In this document: in pieces, positions 36,311-46,380 of the stretch | Position numbering within the stretch: position 1 is the stretch's first letter | Layout of the letters: each line of letters begins with the position of its first letter | Assembly (NCBI GenBank): GCA_021413865.1 | Contig: JAIOPN010000006.1 | Span: forward strand, 41,409-105,408 | Direction of reading: 5' to 3' | DNA length: 64,000 bases | DNA from: Planctomycetota bacterium | Lineage (GTDB): Bacteria > Planctomycetota > Phycisphaerae > Phycisphaerales > Phycisphaeraceae | The notes under the pieces: model-generated | The model's database searches: none | The model's input: only the letters and a program-made list of their open reading frames with translations | What the model was told of the DNA's origin: nothing | Position numbers and translations under genes: made by a program

Positions 36311-39034
36311 TCACAGGTCAAGCTCCGCGCGGGTCGTGCCCTCCGACGAGTCGAAGCGCAGGCGCATGCCGAGCTTGGTGGCGACGCGCTGCATGGCGAT
36401 GTTCTGCGGCAGGATGTCCGCCACGAGCCGCGTCATTTTTTCGTCACGGGCGAAGCGGATCAGCCGCCGGATCAATTCCGTGCCCAGGCCCTGGCGCTGG
36501 TACTCGTCGCTGATGAGCGAGGCCCACTCGCCCTCGCCGGCGTCGTGGTGCTTGGTGAGCCGGGCCACGCCGATGATCTGCTTCCCGCCCGCCGGCGCGT
36601 CACGCTCGGCGACGAGGACCATCGCGCGGTCGTAGTCGATAAAGCAGATGCGCGACAGCCGGTCGTGGGCGATGCGCTCGCTGAGCTTGAAGACGTTGAA
36701 GTAGCGGTAATAGACGGACTCGGGCGAGAGCGTCTCGTGGAAGCGGACAAGCAGTTTTTCGTCCTCGGGGCGGATCGGCCGGATGGTGATGGGCGTGCCG
36801 TCGCGCAGCCTCCAGGGCTCGGCATACCGCACCGGGTAGGGGCGGATCGCCGCGCGGGGGAGGTCTTGCTCGGGCGTCGCGGCGTCGTGGAGGACGACGC
36901 GCGCGTCCATCGCGATCATGCGGTCCCGCCCGACCCAGAGCGGGTTGATGTCGATCTCCTTGATCCAGCGCTGCTCGACCACGAGTTGGCTGAAGCGCAC
37001 GAGCAGCTCGTCGAGGCGGGCGAGGTTCACCGGCTCCTGGCCGCCGGCGCCGCTGAGGGCGTTGAAGACGCGCGTCCGCTCCATCATGCGCCGCGCCAGC
37101 GTGGTGTTCAGCGGCGGGAGGCCCAGGGCGTAGTCGCGCATCACCTCGACCATCGCGCCGCCCGCGCCGAAGAGCAGCACCGGGCCGAACTGCGGGTCGA
37201 TGCTGCTGCCCAGCACCACCTCGCAGCCGGGGTCGGCGACCATCGGCTGCACGGTGACGCCGTGGAAGTGCTCCGCGCCGGCGTGCTGGGTGATCGAGGC
37301 GCGGATCGACTCGAACGCCTCGCGCACCGCGGCTGCGTCGCGCAGGTTCAGGCGCACGCCCCCGACCCGCCGCTTGTGTGTGATCGTCGTCGAGTGGACC
37401 TTGAGCACCACCGGGTAGCCCACGGTCCCCGCCGCCCAGAGCGCCTCCATCACCGTGGCGGCGACGTGCACCGGCACGACGGGCAGGTGGTAGGCGTTGA
37501 GCACCGCCTTGGATTCGGCCTCGGTCAGCAGCGTGCGGCCCGCGGCGCGCGCGGCGGCGATGACCGTCTCGACGTGGGCACGATCGGGCGAGCCCCACTG
37601 CGCGTCGTCGGGGAGCTGCGGGGTCTCGTAGAGCAGGCGGAGGTTGTGCGTGTAGCGCCACATGTCGCAGAAGACGCTGGCGGCGCGGTCGGGGTAGGCG
37701 TAGGTCGGGACGCCGGCGCGGTTGAGCACGTCGTTGCCCTCGGCGACCGCGCCGCCGCCCATCCAGCTGGCGATGATCGGCCGGCCGTGGCCCTTGTTCA
37801 TCGCGGCGACGCGCTGCGCGGTGGCGGTGGGGGCGGTCATCGCCTGCGGGGTGAGGATGACCAGCAGGCCGTCGCAGTCCGGGTGCTGCGCGACGGCGTC
37901 GAGGGCGTTGCCGTAGCGGTCGGCGTCGGCGTCGCCGAGCAGGTCAACGGGGTTGGAGTGGCTCCAGGCGGCGGGCAGCACCTTGTCGAGCGCGGCGCGG
38001 GTGTCGGGGGTGAGCTCGGCGAGGCGTCCGCCGCCGCGGATCAGGGCGTCGGTCGCCAGCACGCCGGGGCCGCCGGCGTTGGTGAGCACCATGAGCCTGG
38101 GGCCGCGCGGGCGGGGCTGCTTGGCGAGCACCTCGGCCATGTCGAAGAGGCTCTCGATGCTCTCGACGCGCAGCACGCCGATGCGGCGGAAGGCGGCGTC
38201 GAGCACCTCGTCGCGGCCGACGAGCGAGCCGGTGTGCGACGCGGCGGCCTTGGCGCCCTCGGGCGAGCGGCCGGGCTTGATGACGATGATGGGCTTGGTC
38301 AGGGCCGCCTCGCGCGCCGCCGAGAGGAAGGAGCGCGTGTCGCCGATGGATTCCATGTAGATGAGGATCGACCCGGTGTGCGGGTCGTCGGCGAAGTAGT
38401 CGATGAGGTCGCCCCAGCCGACGTCGAGCATGGAGCCGACGGAGACAAAGGCGCTGATGCCGACCTGCTCACGGACGCTCCAGTCGAGGATGGCGGTGCC
38501 CAGGGCGCCGCTCTGGCTGAGGAAGGCGATGCGTCCGGGTGCGGGGCTGACGCCGGCGAAGGTGGCGTTGAGGCCGGCGAGCGGGCGCATGACGCCCAGG
38601 CAGTTGGGGCCGATGATGCGGAGCCTGCTCTGGCGGGCCTGTTTGACGATGTCGTGTTCGAGCTCGTCGCCGGCGACGCCTGATTCCTTGAAGCCCGCGG
38701 AGATGATGACCGCGCCGCGCACGCCCGCGGCGGCGCATTGGCCGATGACGCCCGGCACGGTGGCGGCGGGCGTGGCGATCACCGCCAGGTCCACGCGGCC
38801 GGGGATGGCGGCGACGTCGGGGTAGGCCTTGAGGCCGAGGATCTCGGTGCTGTGCGGGTTGACCGGGTAGAGGGTGAGGCCGGCGGGCGCGGAGCGGAGG
38901 TTTTCCATCAGCACGCGGCCGATGCTGCCGGGCCGCTCGGTGGCGCCGATGACGGCGACGGAGCGCGGCGCGAAGAAGGCGTCGAGCGGGCGTCGGTGCC
39001 TGGGTTCGGGTTTGGGGTCCGTGCCTGCGCTCAT
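36311..39034 (-). CDS. Pat-like protein acetyltransferase (ADP-forming acyl-CoA synthetase-like domains + C-terminal GNAT)
   Basis: N-terminal CoA-binding segment [20 protein letters not shown]-grasp-like middle, C-terminal GNAT ([14 protein letters not shown]). ATG confirmed at 39034. Confidence 0.85.
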   Translation of the reverse strand: MSAGTDPKPEPRHRRPLDAFFAPRSVAVIGATERPGSIGRVLMENLRSAPAGLTLYPVNPHSTEILGLKAYPDVAAIPGRVDLAVIATPAATVPGVIGQCAAAGVRGAVIISAGFKESGVAGDELEHDIVKQARQSRLRIIGPNCLGVMRPLAGLNATFAGVSPAPGRIAFLSQSGALGTAILDWSVREQVGISAFVSVGSMLDVGWGDLIDYFADDPHTGSILIYMESIGDTRSFLSAAREAALTKPIIVIKPGRSPEGAKAAASHTGSLVGRDEVLDAAFRRIGVLRVESIESLFDMAEVLAKQPRPRGPRLMVLTNAGGPGVLATDALIRGGGRLAELTPDTRAALDKVLPAAWSHSNPVDLLGDADADRYGNALDAVAQHPDCDGLLVILTPQAMTAPTATAQRVAAMNKGHGRPIIASWMGGGAVAEGNDVLNRAGVPTYAYPDRAASVFCDMWRYTHNLRLLYETPQLPDDAQWGSPDRAHVETVIAAARAAGRTLLTEAESKAVLNAYHLPVVPVHVAATVMEALWAAGTVGYPVVLKVHSTTITHKRRVGGVRLNLRDAAAVREAFESIRASITQHAGAEHFHGVTVQPMVADPGCEVVLGSSIDPQFGPVLLFGAGGAMVEVMRDYALGLPPLNTTLARRMMERTRVFNALSGAGGQEPVNLARLDELLVRFSQLVVEQRWIKEIDINPLWVGRDRMIAMDARVVLHDAATPEQDLPRAAIRPYPVRYAEPWRLRDGTPITIRPIRPEDEKLLVRFHETLSPESVYYRYFNVFKLSERIAHDRLSRICFIDYDRAMVLVAERDAPAGGKQIIGVARLTKHHDAGEGEWASLISDEYQRQGLGTELIRRLIRFARDEKMTRLVADILPQNIAMQRVATKLGMRLRFDSSEGTTRAELDL

Positions 39035-39131
39035 GCTGGTCCCCTCGGCCGGGAGAGTGCGCCGATGGGGGATGATACACGCGGGGTTGGCGGGGAATCC
39101 GCGGCGGGCTGCTTTGACTGATCTGTCTCTT

Positions 39132-39163
39132 CCCATAGCCCCCGGCGGACAGCATTATTCATC
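39132..39163 (+). repeat. Solo copy of repeat family 2 (CCCATAGCCCCCGGCggaCAGCATTATTCATC)
   Basis: Matches both arms of the element at 43318-43503, apart from the ggcggac versus ggctcgc segment. Confidence 0.6.
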
Positions 39164-39331
39164 GGGGTGAGGGCAGAACCGCGATGGCGTGGCCCCGGAC
39201 GTACCGGCGGCCTATTGGTCATTGCAACAAAACGCGGAGGTGTCAGCCACGAGCGGAACGATGAAAAAGGTGACCGCGATGCCCTTAATGGGGGCCGTAT
39301 TTGTCCCAGTTCTTGTCCCAGTCACTGGGAC

Positions 39332-39385
39332 AAATAAAACCGCCTTCCGTAAGTCGCATAAAGATGCGGGCTTGCGGAAGGCGGT
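39332..39385 (-). terminator. Terminator hairpin after tRNA-Ser
   Basis: Minus strand reads ACCGCCTTCCG...CGGAAGGCGGT followed by TTTTATTT. Confidence 0.55.
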
Positions 39386-39395
39386 CTGGGAAATA

Positions 39396-39482
39396 CGGAG
39401 AGGGAGGGATTCGAACCCTCGGTACGGTTACCCGTACACACGATTTCCAGTCGTGTTCCTTCAGCCGCTCGGACACCTCTCC
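39396..39482 (-). tRNA. tRNA-Ser (anticodon GGA), long variable arm, CCA not encoded
   Basis: Hand-folded: GGAGAGG acceptor, anticodon loop CT-GGA-AA, variable arm TGTACGGGTAACCGTAC, T-arm GAGGGTTCGAATCCCTC. Confidence 0.9.
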
Positions 39483-39566
39483 AAGGCTGCGGGCTCGGCC
39501 GATGCCGAGTCGGAGTATCGTATTGAGATTCCCCTGGTTGTAAAGGATGCGCTTGTGACGGACGAG

Positions 39567-40268
39567 ATGGCCGGGCGCGGCGTCGCACTTGCGGGGCTGC
39601 TGGTGGTGGACAAGCCGATCGGCTGGTCGTCGATGGACGTGGTGCGGCGCGTGCGCCGCGCGGCGGGTGGGGCGAAGACCGGGCACTGCGGGACGCTCGA
39701 CCCGCTGGCGACGGGCGTGGTGGTCTGCTGCCTGGGGTCGGCGACGCGGCAGGTTGATCGGCTGATGGGGATGGCTAAGCGTTACGAGGCGGAGGTGGAC
39801 CTGTCGGCGTTCACGGCGACCGACGACCGCGAGGGGGCGCGCGAGGAGGTGGCTGTCGCGACGCCGCCCGACGAGGCGGCGGTGCGGGCGGCGCTGGCGG
39901 GGTTCATCGGGTTGGTTGAGCAGGTGCCGCCGGCGTTCAGCGCGGTGCACGTGGATGGGGAGCGGGCGTACAAGCTGGCGCGCAAGGGCAAGCCTGTGAC
40001 GATCGCGGCGCGGACGGTGCGGATCGACGGGATCGAACTGGTGTCTTACCGCTGGCCGATGGCGCAACTGCGGATCGATTGCGGGAAGGGGACGTACATC
40101 CGGAGTCTGGCGCGCGACCTGGGGAAAGTGCTGGGGACCGGCGGGCACCTGGCGGCGCTGCGGCGGACGGCGGTGGGGGTTTATGACCTGTCGATTGCGG
40201 TGACGGAGGAGCGTTTGTCGCGGCCGATCGGGCAGGGGGATTTGTTGGCGGTGCCGGGGCCGGGGTGA
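39567..40268 (+). CDS. truB: tRNA pseudouridine(55) synthase
   Basis: LLVVDKPIGWSSMDVV... GHCGTLDPLATGVV. An alternative GTG start lies at 39555. Confidence 0.9.
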   Translation: MAGRGVALAGLLVVDKPIGWSSMDVVRRVRRAAGGAKTGHCGTLDPLATGVVVCCLGSATRQVDRLMGMAKRYEAEVDLSAFTATDDREGAREEVAVATPPDEAAVRAALAGFIGLVEQVPPAFSAVHVDGERAYKLARKGKPVTIAARTVRIDGIELVSYRWPMAQLRIDCGKGTYIRSLARDLGKVLGTGGHLAALRRTAVGVYDLSIAVTEERLSRPIGQGDLLAVPGPG

Positions 40269-40328
40269 GTTATGAAGAAGGGAATGCTGGGACGCTAAGC
40301 AGCTAGCGGCGGGCGGCGAAGTACATTT

Positions 40329-41402
40329 CTAAAAGGCATCGGGGTCGGGTTCGGGGGGAGGCGTTTTGCGGCGGTAGGCGAGGCGCATGCCTAGGAGGCC
40401 GATCTCGAAGAGGAGCCAGAGTGGAACGGCCATGAGGGTGAGGTTAAACGGGTCGCCGGTGGGCGTGAGGAGCGCGGCGGCGATGACGCAGGCGAAGACG
40501 ACGAATTTTCTGGAGTAGGCGAGCCGCGCGGGATCGATGAGCTTCGTCCAGCCCAGGACGACCATGCCGACGGGGAGTTGGAATGCGATCACGATGGCCA
40601 GCATCATGAAGCCGACGAAGCCCATGTATTCGTCGATCTCGATGAGGGGGTGGATGAGTGAGGGGATGGGCATGGCGACGACGCGGAATTGACCGCCCAT
40701 GCGGATGCGCAACTCATTTTCCGGGACCTTGATCCAGGCCTGTCCCTCGGCGGCGTCGGCCGGGTCGTGCGACAGGACCGGGAGGGAGACGGGCTGGGTG
40801 GTCGCGGAGGGCTGGGTGGTGGACGGTGGCGCCTGACGCGGGGGCGTGCCGTTCATCCAATCCATCATGTCGCGAGTCCAGTTGGGCATGACGCCCATCA
40901 TGGTTTCAATCGGGAGAGGCTTTTCGGTGGAGGGCGTGGGGTAGGTGGTGGCAAAGGAGATGAGGAACATCAGCGCCAGCGGGAGCATGATGTAGTAGAG
41001 GAAGAGCACGCCGAGCGCGGCCATGATGGCGCTGAAGGGGGCGAGGAAGATGACGACGCGTTGCTCGGTGACGTAGAGGCCCGCGGCGACGAACTTCCAC
41101 GCCTGGTACATGATCCACGGGGCCGAGAGGATGAGGCCCGCGATGACGCCGATCTTCATGTAGAGGGTGAAGCCGGTCATGACGCTGACGGCGATGGTCT
41201 CGACGGGCAGGCCGGCGTTGCGCTGGGCGTGTGCGAGGGGGACGACGAGCCAGCCGACGATGTCCTGGCAGTAGTAGAAGCTCACGCAGCAGGCGACCGC
41301 CAGGCCGTAGAGCGCGTAGATGATGCGTCGGCGGAGTTCTTCGAGGTGCTCGCCGAAGCCCATGGTGGCGTCGTCGGGGTTTGTGGGTTTGGGTCGCGCC
41401 AT
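40329..41402 (-). CDS. tatC: Twin-arginine translocase subunit TatC (with a roughly 100-aa insert)
   Basis: FGEHLEELRRRIIY..., LSAPWIMYQAWKFVAAGLY. The insert is rich in P/T/Q. Confidence 0.85.
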   Translation of the reverse strand: MARPKPTNPDDATMGFGEHLEELRRRIIYALYGLAVACCVSFYYCQDIVGWLVVPLAHAQRNAGLPVETIAVSVMTGFTLYMKIGVIAGLILSAPWIMYQAWKFVAAGLYVTEQRVVIFLAPFSAIMAALGVLFLYYIMLPLALMFLISFATTYPTPSTEKPLPIETMMGVMPNWTRDMMDWMNGTPPRQAPPSTTQPSATTQPVSLPVLSHDPADAAEGQAWIKVPENELRIRMGGQFRVVAMPIPSLIHPLIEIDEYMGFVGFMMLAIVIAFQLPVGMVVLGWTKLIDPARLAYSRKFVVFACVIAAALLTPTGDPFNLTLMAVPLWLLFEIGLLGMRLAYRRKTPPPEPDPDAF

Positions 41403-41455
41403 GTGAGGGTGATTGTAGGGGGAAGAGGGGAGGGGACGCTAAGCCGCGAGCGGCG

Positions 41456-42541
41456 TCAGGGGAGCAGGAGCATCGCGTCGCCGTAGGAGTAGAAGCGGTA
41501 ATTCTCGCGCACGGCGAGGCGGTACCACTCCAAAAGCCGCGGTACGCCGACGCCCGGCAGCGCGGCGACCAGCGCCAGCAGCGTCGAGCCGGGCAGGTGG
41601 AAGTTGGTCATCAGCGTGTCGGTGAAGCGGAACGCGAAGGCGGGGTTGCCGGGCGTGATGAAGAGGCGGGTGTCGGCGGAGAAACCGGTGGGGGGAAGGT
41701 CGCGCCAATTTTCAGGGAGGCTTTCGAGGGCGCGGGCGGTGGTGGTGCCCACGACGAGCAGGGGCCGGCGCGTGTCGCGGGCTTGCCGCAGCTTATCGAG
41801 GGTCTCGTGGGGGACGTGCAGTGATTCGCTGTGGATGGGGTGGTCCTCGACGCGTTGGGTGCGGACGGGGGCGAAGGTTCCCAGGCCGACGTGGAGCGTG
41901 AGTTCGGTGCGTGTGACGCCGAAGGTGTCGAGTGCGTCGAGGAGCTCGGGGGTGAAGTGCAGGCCTGCGGTGGGAGCGGCGACGGAACCGGGGTCGCTGG
42001 CGTACACGGTGTTGTAGCGGCTGCCATCGTCGGCGGCGGATTCGGGCTCGCTACGGTTCTTGCGGGCTTTGAGGATGTAGGGCGGCAGGGGGGTGGCGCC
42101 GATGCGCTCGAGCAGCGCGAGGGTGTCGAGCGGGCCGTGCAGGCGGGCGCGCCACTCGCCGGCGTCGATGCGCGCGATCAGTTCGAGGTGTGAGTCGGCG
42201 TCGAGCGTGACCTGTTCGCCGGGCGTGAGCGTGCCGCGCGATTCGAGCATGACCAGCCATTCACACGCGGCGGGGGAGGCGAGGTAGAGCCCGCGCACAC
42301 GGCCCCGCGTGCCGCGCCGCACACCCTCGAAACGCGCGGGGAGCACGCGCGTACGGTTGAACACCATCACCGGTTTCGCGGGGAGCGCCGCGAGCACGCC
42401 GGGCAGGTCTCGGACCCGCAGGTGCTCGATGCGGTTCGCGGCACGGTGGATCACCATCAGCCGCGCGGCGTCGCGAGGCTCGGCGGGCTGCGTCGCGATC
42501 CGCTCGGGCGGCAGGTCGTAATTCAGTTCATCCAGTTGCAT
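41456..42541 (-). CDS. queA: S-adenosylmethionine:tRNA ribosyltransferase-isomerase
   Basis: LNYDLPPERIATQPAEPRDAARLMV..., TAGLHFT, VGTTT, MTNFHLP. ATG confirmed at 42541. Confidence 0.9.
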   Translation of the reverse strand: MQLDELNYDLPPERIATQPAEPRDAARLMVIHRAANRIEHLRVRDLPGVLAALPAKPVMVFNRTRVLPARFEGVRRGTRGRVRGLYLASPAACEWLVMLESRGTLTPGEQVTLDADSHLELIARIDAGEWRARLHGPLDTLALLERIGATPLPPYILKARKNRSEPESAADDGSRYNTVYASDPGSVAAPTAGLHFTPELLDALDTFGVTRTELTLHVGLGTFAPVRTQRVEDHPIHSESLHVPHETLDKLRQARDTRRPLLVVGTTTARALESLPENWRDLPPTGFSADTRLFITPGNPAFAFRFTDTLMTNFHLPGSTLLALVAALPGVGVPRLLEWYRLAVRENYRFYSYGDAMLLLP

Positions 42542-43317
42542 GCGCGCGCGTCTCGGGTGGGCATCGTAGCTCGGATGTTCGGCCCCAACCGGGGCTCGCG
42601 GGGGCATCGCCGTGTTGCCCCGCCGCAACAGCCCGCGTCCCCGGCATAACCGGTGAAACCCGACCCCCGCCGTAACACCCGTAAAACGCGGGTTCTGTGG
42701 GGGTTTGCCGTCTCGAACCACACCCGGCGCACCGCTCGCCGCCCGTGGTGTGTGCACATCCACGGCAACTGCAATCTGACCATCAAGCGGATCCACGAGC
42801 AGCAGCGGCGTGACCGGTTGGGGATCACCAATCTGGTCGAACGCCTGGTGGAAGAAAACCGTCGGCCCCTGAGCTGCCGGGAATTGGCGATCGGCCGGGT
42901 GCACCTGAGCCCGGCGTTGTATGAGGCGTATCTGCGCTGCCACCCTGCTGATCAGTTCGACCAATCACTACAACCCCCCCCGGCGCACAACCGTTGGCCC
43001 GTCATGCGGCTGCCCGCTGGTTTGTTTCCCCTGGGGCTGGCCCTCGCCGGGGATACGCCCCGGCCGCGACCGGTCGCTCATCTTGCCCCGCCCCCATCCC
43101 GACGGGGCCGGCTCATCGATGTTTTTGCCTGATTTGACGCGGCATTCCGGCTCGTCAAAAAAAACCATCGACCGCCGAACCCGTCGTGAACCAGTGCCGT
43201 ATAAATGAGTGTTGAAAGTATCCGGCCGCCACCCTCCGGATACGCATGCACTCCCTCAGACCTGCCCGCTGCCGGGTTTTCTGCCACCCACCCGCAGCGG
43301 GCGGTTCTGTTTAATTT

Positions 43318-43503
43318 CCTATAGCCCCCGGCTCGCAGCATTATTCATCATGTGCGGCGTCCTTGGGAAATACTTGCGTTTTATCGTTGATCGCGCCAAA
43401 TAGGGAGAGGCTGAGCGGTGCAGCCGTGAATTGTGCAGACGTAAGTACTTGCGCCATGCAATCGGCGGCTTGATGAATAATGCTGCGAGCCGGGGGCTAT
43501 GGG
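43318..43503. repeat. MITE-like element: 33-bp inverted repeats (32/33 identical) flanking about 120 bp (repeat family 2)
   Basis: Left arm CCTATAGCCCCCGGCTCGCAGCATTATTCATCA (43318-43350). Right arm is its reverse complement (43471-43503). Confidence 0.65.
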
Positions 43504-44301
43504 CATCGCCGCGAGCCGGCCGTCGCTGTTGGGGAGCAGGCCCTTCATGTGCTGCCAGGCGACCCAGCGGAGGTGGCGTTCCTTATAGAGCTCGGTGCCC
43601 GAGCAGAGGCCGGGGTTCTCGTTGTGGAACCGGCGGCGGGCGAGCAGGTCGCCCTTCTGCGGGTCGTGGTTCCACGTCGGGGCGGTGGGCTCCTCCGTAC
43701 GGCCGCTGTAGAGCTTGACCATGTAGCGGGTTTTCTTGCTGGTGTTGGGCGAGGCGGTGTGCCAGAGGTCGTAGTGGGTGATGGCGAGCGTGCCGGCGGG
43801 GACGGTGAGGCCGAGCTGGTGGCGGAAGTTGCCGTAGTTGGCCATGCGGTCGGTCGGCGTGTTCCAGAAGTGCGTCGCGGGGACGACGTAGGTCGGGCCC
43901 ATGTCGGGCGTGACGGTCTGGGGGTAGTACATGATGGTCAGGCGGCGGACCTGGTGGTGGCGGATGTTGACGTCGTCCTGGTGCCAGAAGACGCCGCCGC
44001 CGCCGGGCGGGGTGGCGTGGCAGAACCAGCCGAAGTTACGGAAGGCCGCGCCGATCAGGCTGGCCATCGCGCCTCTGACCTCCGGGTGGTCGAACACCTC
44101 GCGCGTGGCCGGGGCGCGGTTGAGCGTCTCCTCGGCGTAGGGGTCGTTCTCCAGGTCGATGTTCGGCGTGCCGTTCTTGTCGAACTGGGCGCAGACCTCC
44201 TCGTTCAGCCCCGGGCGGAAGGTGGGCTGGATCAGCAGGTAGCCCTGGATGATGAACGTGACGACCTGGTCGTCGGTGAGCAGGAATTTTTTGTCAATCA
44301 T
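43381..44301 (-). CDS. Phytanoyl-CoA dioxygenase family protein (C-terminus runs into the repeat element)
   Basis: VTFIIQGYLLI..., WHQDD..., ITHYDLWH. The last roughly 40 codons are encoded by the repeat element. Confidence 0.75.
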   Translation of the reverse strand: MIDKKFLLTDDQVVTFIIQGYLLIQPTFRPGLNEEVCAQFDKNGTPNIDLENDPYAEETLNRAPATREVFDHPEVRGAMASLIGAAFRNFGWFCHATPPGGGGVFWHQDDVNIRHHQVRRLTIMYYPQTVTPDMGPTYVVPATHFWNTPTDRMANYGNFRHQLGLTVPAGTLAITHYDLWHTASPNTSKKTRYMVKLYSGRTEEPTAPTWNHDPQKGDLLARRRFHNENPGLCSGTELYKERHLRWVAWQHMKGLLPNSDGRLAAMPIAPGSQHYSSSRRLHGASTYVCTIHGCTAQPLPIWRDQR

Positions 44302-44686
44302 CGAACGCCTCCAGCTTTTCGAGGATGAACTGGTAGCCCAGGATGTGCAGCTCGCGGTCGTCGAGCGGGGCGGTCTGGTTGGGGAAGGAGATGACCCGCC
44401 AGCCGTCGAGGATCGCGTCGTACACGGAACGATAGGGCAGCTCCGGGTCGGCGGACACCTGCGGGGGATCGACCTTGCGGACCGGCTCGCGCGGGGCGGC
44501 GGCGATGACCAGGGCGTAGGTGCTCATGCCGTTGGCGGTGAGGTAGAGGAGGCGTTGGCGGAGCACGCCCTTGCCGCTGACGATCTTCGCCAGCGCGTCG
44601 AGGTCGGCTTCGCCGAGCGCACCGGCGCGGGCCTTGGTGCGGGCGCTCTCGATCCAGGCCTGGAGTTTTTCCGGTGTGGCGGGCAT
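44294..44686 (-). CDS. Hypothetical protein, probably translationally coupled to the PhyH gene
   Basis: ATG confirmed at 44686. 8-nt overlap with the downstream start at 44301. Confidence 0.55.
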   Translation of the reverse strand: MPATPEKLQAWIESARTKARAGALGEADLDALAKIVSGKGVLRQRLLYLTANGMSTYALVIAAAPREPVRKVDPPQVSADPELPYRSVYDAILDGWRVISFPNQTAPLDDRELHILGYQFILEKLEAFDD

Positions 44687-44804
44687 CGTCGCTCCTGTCC
44701 GTGGCGGGAACCCCGAGGGGGCATTATGCACGGTCGGGCGGTGGGCTGCATTGAAATGGGTAGCCGGGTTCACTGCAGTGCATGAATAGGCCACGTCATC
44801 ATCA

Positions 44805-45239
44805 TCACCAAAACCTCCACCAAGGTTTCGGTGTCCGTGTTTGTGTCCGCGTCTGTGTCATGTCCGAAGCGACAGCGTCCCTCGGAATGTCCTCGCCGCT
44901 CTGCTCGTCATACAACGACCAGCCGAGGTGGTCGGCAATCAAGAAGGCGGTCGGGAAATAGTCACGCTCCGGCCTCTTGCCGAGGAATGCGTATGGAACG
45001 TGCAACCGAATGCAGTTGATGGTGTCGGAAGTCTCGCTGACCTCCTCAATCCAATTACCATCTGCATCCACAACCTCCAAAGAAATTTCCATCCGACGGT
45101 TCGGCTTTTCTTCCAACACGAACAGCGAGCGGTCAACAGCCGCAATAAATGGAAGCAGAGCGATAAATGCCTCGAGCGGCTCTCGGGGAACGCTCCGCGA
45201 GAACTTCTCGTCTGGCCGTATGGTGAGGTCATAGCTCAT
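44805..45239 (-). CDS. Hypothetical protein (islet ORF A)
   Basis: Lower-GC ORF starting MSYDLTIRPDE. A GTG alternative lies at 45260. Confidence 0.5.
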   Translation of the reverse strand: MSYDLTIRPDEKFSRSVPREPLEAFIALLPFIAAVDRSLFVLEEKPNRRMEISLEVVDADGNWIEEVSETSDTINCIRLHVPYAFLGKRPERDYFPTAFLIADHLGWSLYDEQSGEDIPRDAVASDMTQTRTQTRTPKPWWRFW

Positions 45240-45263
45240 AGTGTGTGCATGCCCTAACACTGT

Positions 45264-45590
45264 TTATTTGCCGGCCGCGAGCAGCACCCGTCTCCCGCGC
45301 GCCAGCACAAGAACGCCCGACGGAACCAGAAACAACGCCACCGCGATCTGCCAGTACCGCCACCAGGGCTGAAACGTGGACGCAAGTGAAACAGGACTAA
45401 TGACCGGTGCACGCGAGATGCACCAGCAGACCGCGAACCACGCCGACGCTAAGGCCAGTCCGAGCAAGGCAGCCAAGAGGATGTTTCGGATTGGAAAGCG
45501 CATGTCAGGCACACAGCGTGTCGGCGTTCCGCGTCGAACGCCGGAGGGAGCTTGGAAGGCGTCCGACAATTTCGTCCGCTGTAATATCAT
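45264..45590 (-). CDS. Hypothetical small membrane protein (islet ORF B)
   Basis: Two TM-like segments. An alternative ATG at 45503 gives MRFPIRN. Confidence 0.45.
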   Translation of the reverse strand: MILQRTKLSDAFQAPSGVRRGTPTRCVPDMRFPIRNILLAALLGLALASAWFAVCWCISRAPVISPVSLASTFQPWWRYWQIAVALFLVPSGVLVLARGRRVLLAAGK

Positions 45591-45631
45591 TTTAGCCGGC
45601 TAACTGCGGCTGATGGGGTGAGGGCGCGAGG

Positions 45632-45841
45632 TCATCGCTGCCGGGAGATTGTCCAAGCGGTCACCCCGAGAAGGACGATCACCAGCGTGAGAACCAGTGA
45701 GGCGATCCCGGCGGTAACGGAGCCCGCATCGATTGCGCGTGCGATAAAGCAGGCATCAACGAAAGTGAACAGGATGGCGAGGGCACGCAACGCCCGCCAG
45801 TCACGCGACGTCTCTTTGCCGGTCAGGTGGATAAGTTTCAT
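45632..45841 (-). CDS. Hypothetical small membrane protein (islet ORF C)
   Basis: 69 aa with two TM-like segments. Confidence 0.45.
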   Translation of the reverse strand: MKLIHLTGKETSRDWRALRALAILFTFVDACFIARAIDAGSVTAGIASLVLTLVIVLLGVTAWTISRQR

Positions 45842-45845
45842 AGCG

Positions 45846-45897
45846 CCCCAACATTGAAGCTCAGCGGCCCGGCACGCGGGACGTGGCTTCGTTAGAC
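45846..45897 (-). repeat. attC-like imperfect palindrome between islet ORFs D and C
   Basis: Minus strand reads GTCTAAC-GAAGC...GCTTC-AAT-GTTGGGG. It contains the 17-nt GCCGGGCCGCTGAGCTT that is also found at 46223-46239. Confidence 0.35.
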
Positions 45898-46206
45898 GAC
45901 GCGGTTACGCGGCGACCTTCCAGAACGCCGCAGGCGCTTCGACCAGCCAACGGCCGACCAGATCGCGGTCCAGAACAGAGCCGGAACCCAGCCACCAAGG
46001 ATGGCGGCTGCTACACCTAAGCCGCCATCGTGGTCGGGACGGGCCGATGAATAGAGCGCGCCGGCAAATATCGCTCCGTAGCAAATCAGAAAGCCACTGA
46101 CGACCGCCAACGCGAACGATGCTTTGTGGCGAGAACGAAGGATAGTCCACGGCGGAATCAGGCCGGCGACTGCCACGAAGCCAAGTTGGACAAGGGCTAC
46201 AACCAT
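45892..46206 (-). CDS. Hypothetical small membrane protein (islet ORF D)
   Basis: 104 aa with three or four TM-like segments. Confidence 0.5.
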   Translation of the reverse strand: MVVALVQLGFVAVAGLIPPWTILRSRHKASFALAVVSGFLICYGAIFAGALYSSARPDHDGGLGVAAAILGGWVPALFWTAIWSAVGWSKRLRRSGRSPRNRVV

Positions 46207-46210
46207 TGTT

Positions 46211-46380
46211 GCCTAACGACCCAAGCTCAGCGGCCCGGCCAGCAAGACGCGTGGATTGTAACCGGAGGGCGATGGCCGGGTTCGGTGAACCGTCTTCCAC
46301 GGGTTGCGCTGCGCCCGCGAAGACACGGGCTGCGCTCCACCCGTGGCTACAATCCGCCGCCCCATTCGGGGCGGAAGAGG
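46211..46380 (-). repeat. Composite repeat upstream of ORF D (ends in GCCGGGCCGCTGAGCTTgggtcGTTAGGC)
   Basis: Shares a roughly 45-nt tail with 45846-45897. It also contains CCGCCCCGAATGGGGCGG, which recurs at 16610. Confidence 0.45.

Noticed and set aside
36545-38683. 712-aa + strand ORF, plus several 100-350-aa ORFs, inside the Pat-like gene
   Set aside because: They are antisense or off-frame shadows of a 907-aa gene with recognisable CoA-binding and GNAT motifs.
42653-43132. 159-aa + strand ORF in the queA-PhyH gap
   Set aside because: No RBS, an Arg/Pro-rich N- and C-terminus, and only a short HTH-looking stretch. It is kept as part of an orphan-region finding rather than called as a CDS.
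45846-46260. Guanidine-type or other riboswitch upstream of the small membrane proteins
   Set aside because: The ORFs lack SMR/Gdx hallmarks (no conserved TM1 Glu). The repeat has no ACGR-loop hairpin pair or other riboswitch core that I can recognise.
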